Shown here piece by piece: positions 63,131 through 64,000 of a stretch of 64,000 bases of DNA. The stretch's first letter is position 1. Every line of letters begins with the position of its first letter. The notes under the pieces were generated by a model. That model was not told where the DNA came from. It worked only from the letters and a program-made list of their open reading frames with translations, and searched no databases. Made by a program: the position numbers and the translations under genes. The stretch covers positions 224,001-288,000 of the forward strand of contig JBGPGO010000001.1 in NCBI GenBank assembly GCA_041483895.1. The letters are read 5' to 3'. This stretch comes from Fimbriimonadia bacterium (lineage in GTDB: Bacteria > Armatimonadota > Fimbriimonadia > Fimbriimonadales > JABRVX01).

Positions 63131-63999
63131 GCCGCCACCCCGCTGCCATGTCCAATAAATATCGCCGCGCCAATTACGTTGATGTTGGAGGCCGTCATGC
63201 CTTCCAACAGCCCCTCCACTATCTCCGCTGAATCCGTGCCTTGCTGCAGGTCGAGCATCACACGGTCCGCCAATCGCACCGCTGCGTAGGCCGCGGGGAA
63301 CTCGCTCGGCGACGGCAGGTCGATCATCACCAGCGATCCCGTCGTCCGATAGGACTGGACCGCCTCGGACATCCCGCGTATCTCCGGCGCCGGCACGATC
63401 CGCATTCCGGGGCTCTCCGTCTGCATGGATTGATTCGGTTGAATCACCACGACGCTGTGCCCTTGCCGCACCGCCGCGGATGCGAGCGCCTTGGTGGTCT
63501 CGCGCGCGCCGCTTTGGGAGGAGACGACCGCCAGCACCCGCCACTCGGTGCCTGCGCCCGCGAGCGCCAACCGGCCAAACAGCCGATCGGCTTCCGGTTC
63601 CGGCAGCGCGCGGGAATAGCTGCCCATCGAGGGGATGCCAAGGAGCTCCGGCGCGTCCTTTGCGACCCGGACGCGGCGGTCGGCGCTTTCCACCGCTACG
63701 CAGGCAGTTAAGCTGAGAATGCAGGCCATCAGCAGACCTATAACGCTGTACAGCACCGGGCGCGGTTGGGACAGACGGAGCGGCGGCGACGCGGGCTCAA
63801 TGACAACCGGACGAATGATCGTCGCATATTCTTGAACCTTCAATTCCTCATATTTCTGGGTGAGGCCCGCCCACACCGTCGCCAGCGACTCTCGTTCACG
63901 CTGCAATGTTCCGAACTGCTGCGTTTGAGCCGGCAGGATACTGACCTGCCGCTCCAATTTGGGAACGATCCGCTTCAGCTCCGCCAGCTTGGCCATGTT
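63127..63999 (-). CDS. Wzc/GumC-like chain-length regulator, C-terminal part (5' end outside window)
   Basis: Coiled coil, VIEPASPP..PRP plus TM, then a kinase-like region with IDLPSP but no intact Walker A. Confidence 0.8.
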   Translation of the reverse strand, partial: NMAKLAELKRIVPKLERQVSILPAQTQQFGTLQRERESLATVWAGLTQKYEELKVQEYATIIRPVVIEPASPPLRLSQPRPVLYSVIGLLMACILSLTACVAVESADRRVRVAKDAPELLGIPSMGSYSRALPEPEADRLFGRLALAGAGTEWRVLAVVSSQSGARETTKALASAAVRQGHSVVVIQPNQSMQTESPGMRIVPAPEIRGMSEAVQSYRTTGSLVMIDLPSPSEFPAAYAAVRLADRVMLDLQQGTDSAEIVEGLLEGMTASNINVIGAAIFIGHGSGVAA

Positions 64000-64000
64000 T

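Overview
Bacterial chromosomal window, GC-rich (about 60% by eye). It is probably Armatimonadota (Fimbriimonas-like); this is an inference from the PEP-CTERM proteins, the secreted proteins with a dockerin-like C-terminal tag, and the Terrabacteria-type rpsO-pnp-M16-dapB-asd-dapA order. Core genes include serC, dsbD, metH, ylxR-infB, radA, acuC, dapA/asd/dapB, pnp, rpsO, metY, mnmA and glmS. Also present are an alpha-2-macroglobulin-VanW locus, an orphan glmL and the end of a polysaccharide export operon. Surface-protein genes are abundant: three paralogous WGDY-motif proteins, four PEP-CTERM genes (one frameshifted) and one HAF-repeat protein. I found no rRNA, tRNA, CRISPR array, integrase or transposase. 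The most unusual signal is at 19749-21498: 6-7 copies of a covarying ~25-bp palindrome (CCCT-NN-AC-N-GT-NN-AGGG) that bracket a hydrolase gene and sit at both break points of a truncated, split Rhs fragment, as if they were cassette or recombination sites. Other notable signals: (2) two tandem PEP-CTERM genes with conserved structured UTRs and tails but unrelated-looking cores; (3) a REP-like element inserted in frame in an O-antigen ligase-like gene, with another copy apparently supplying an RBS; (4) a candidate standalone structured sRNA at about 42295-42456; (5) several probable leaderless mRNAs.
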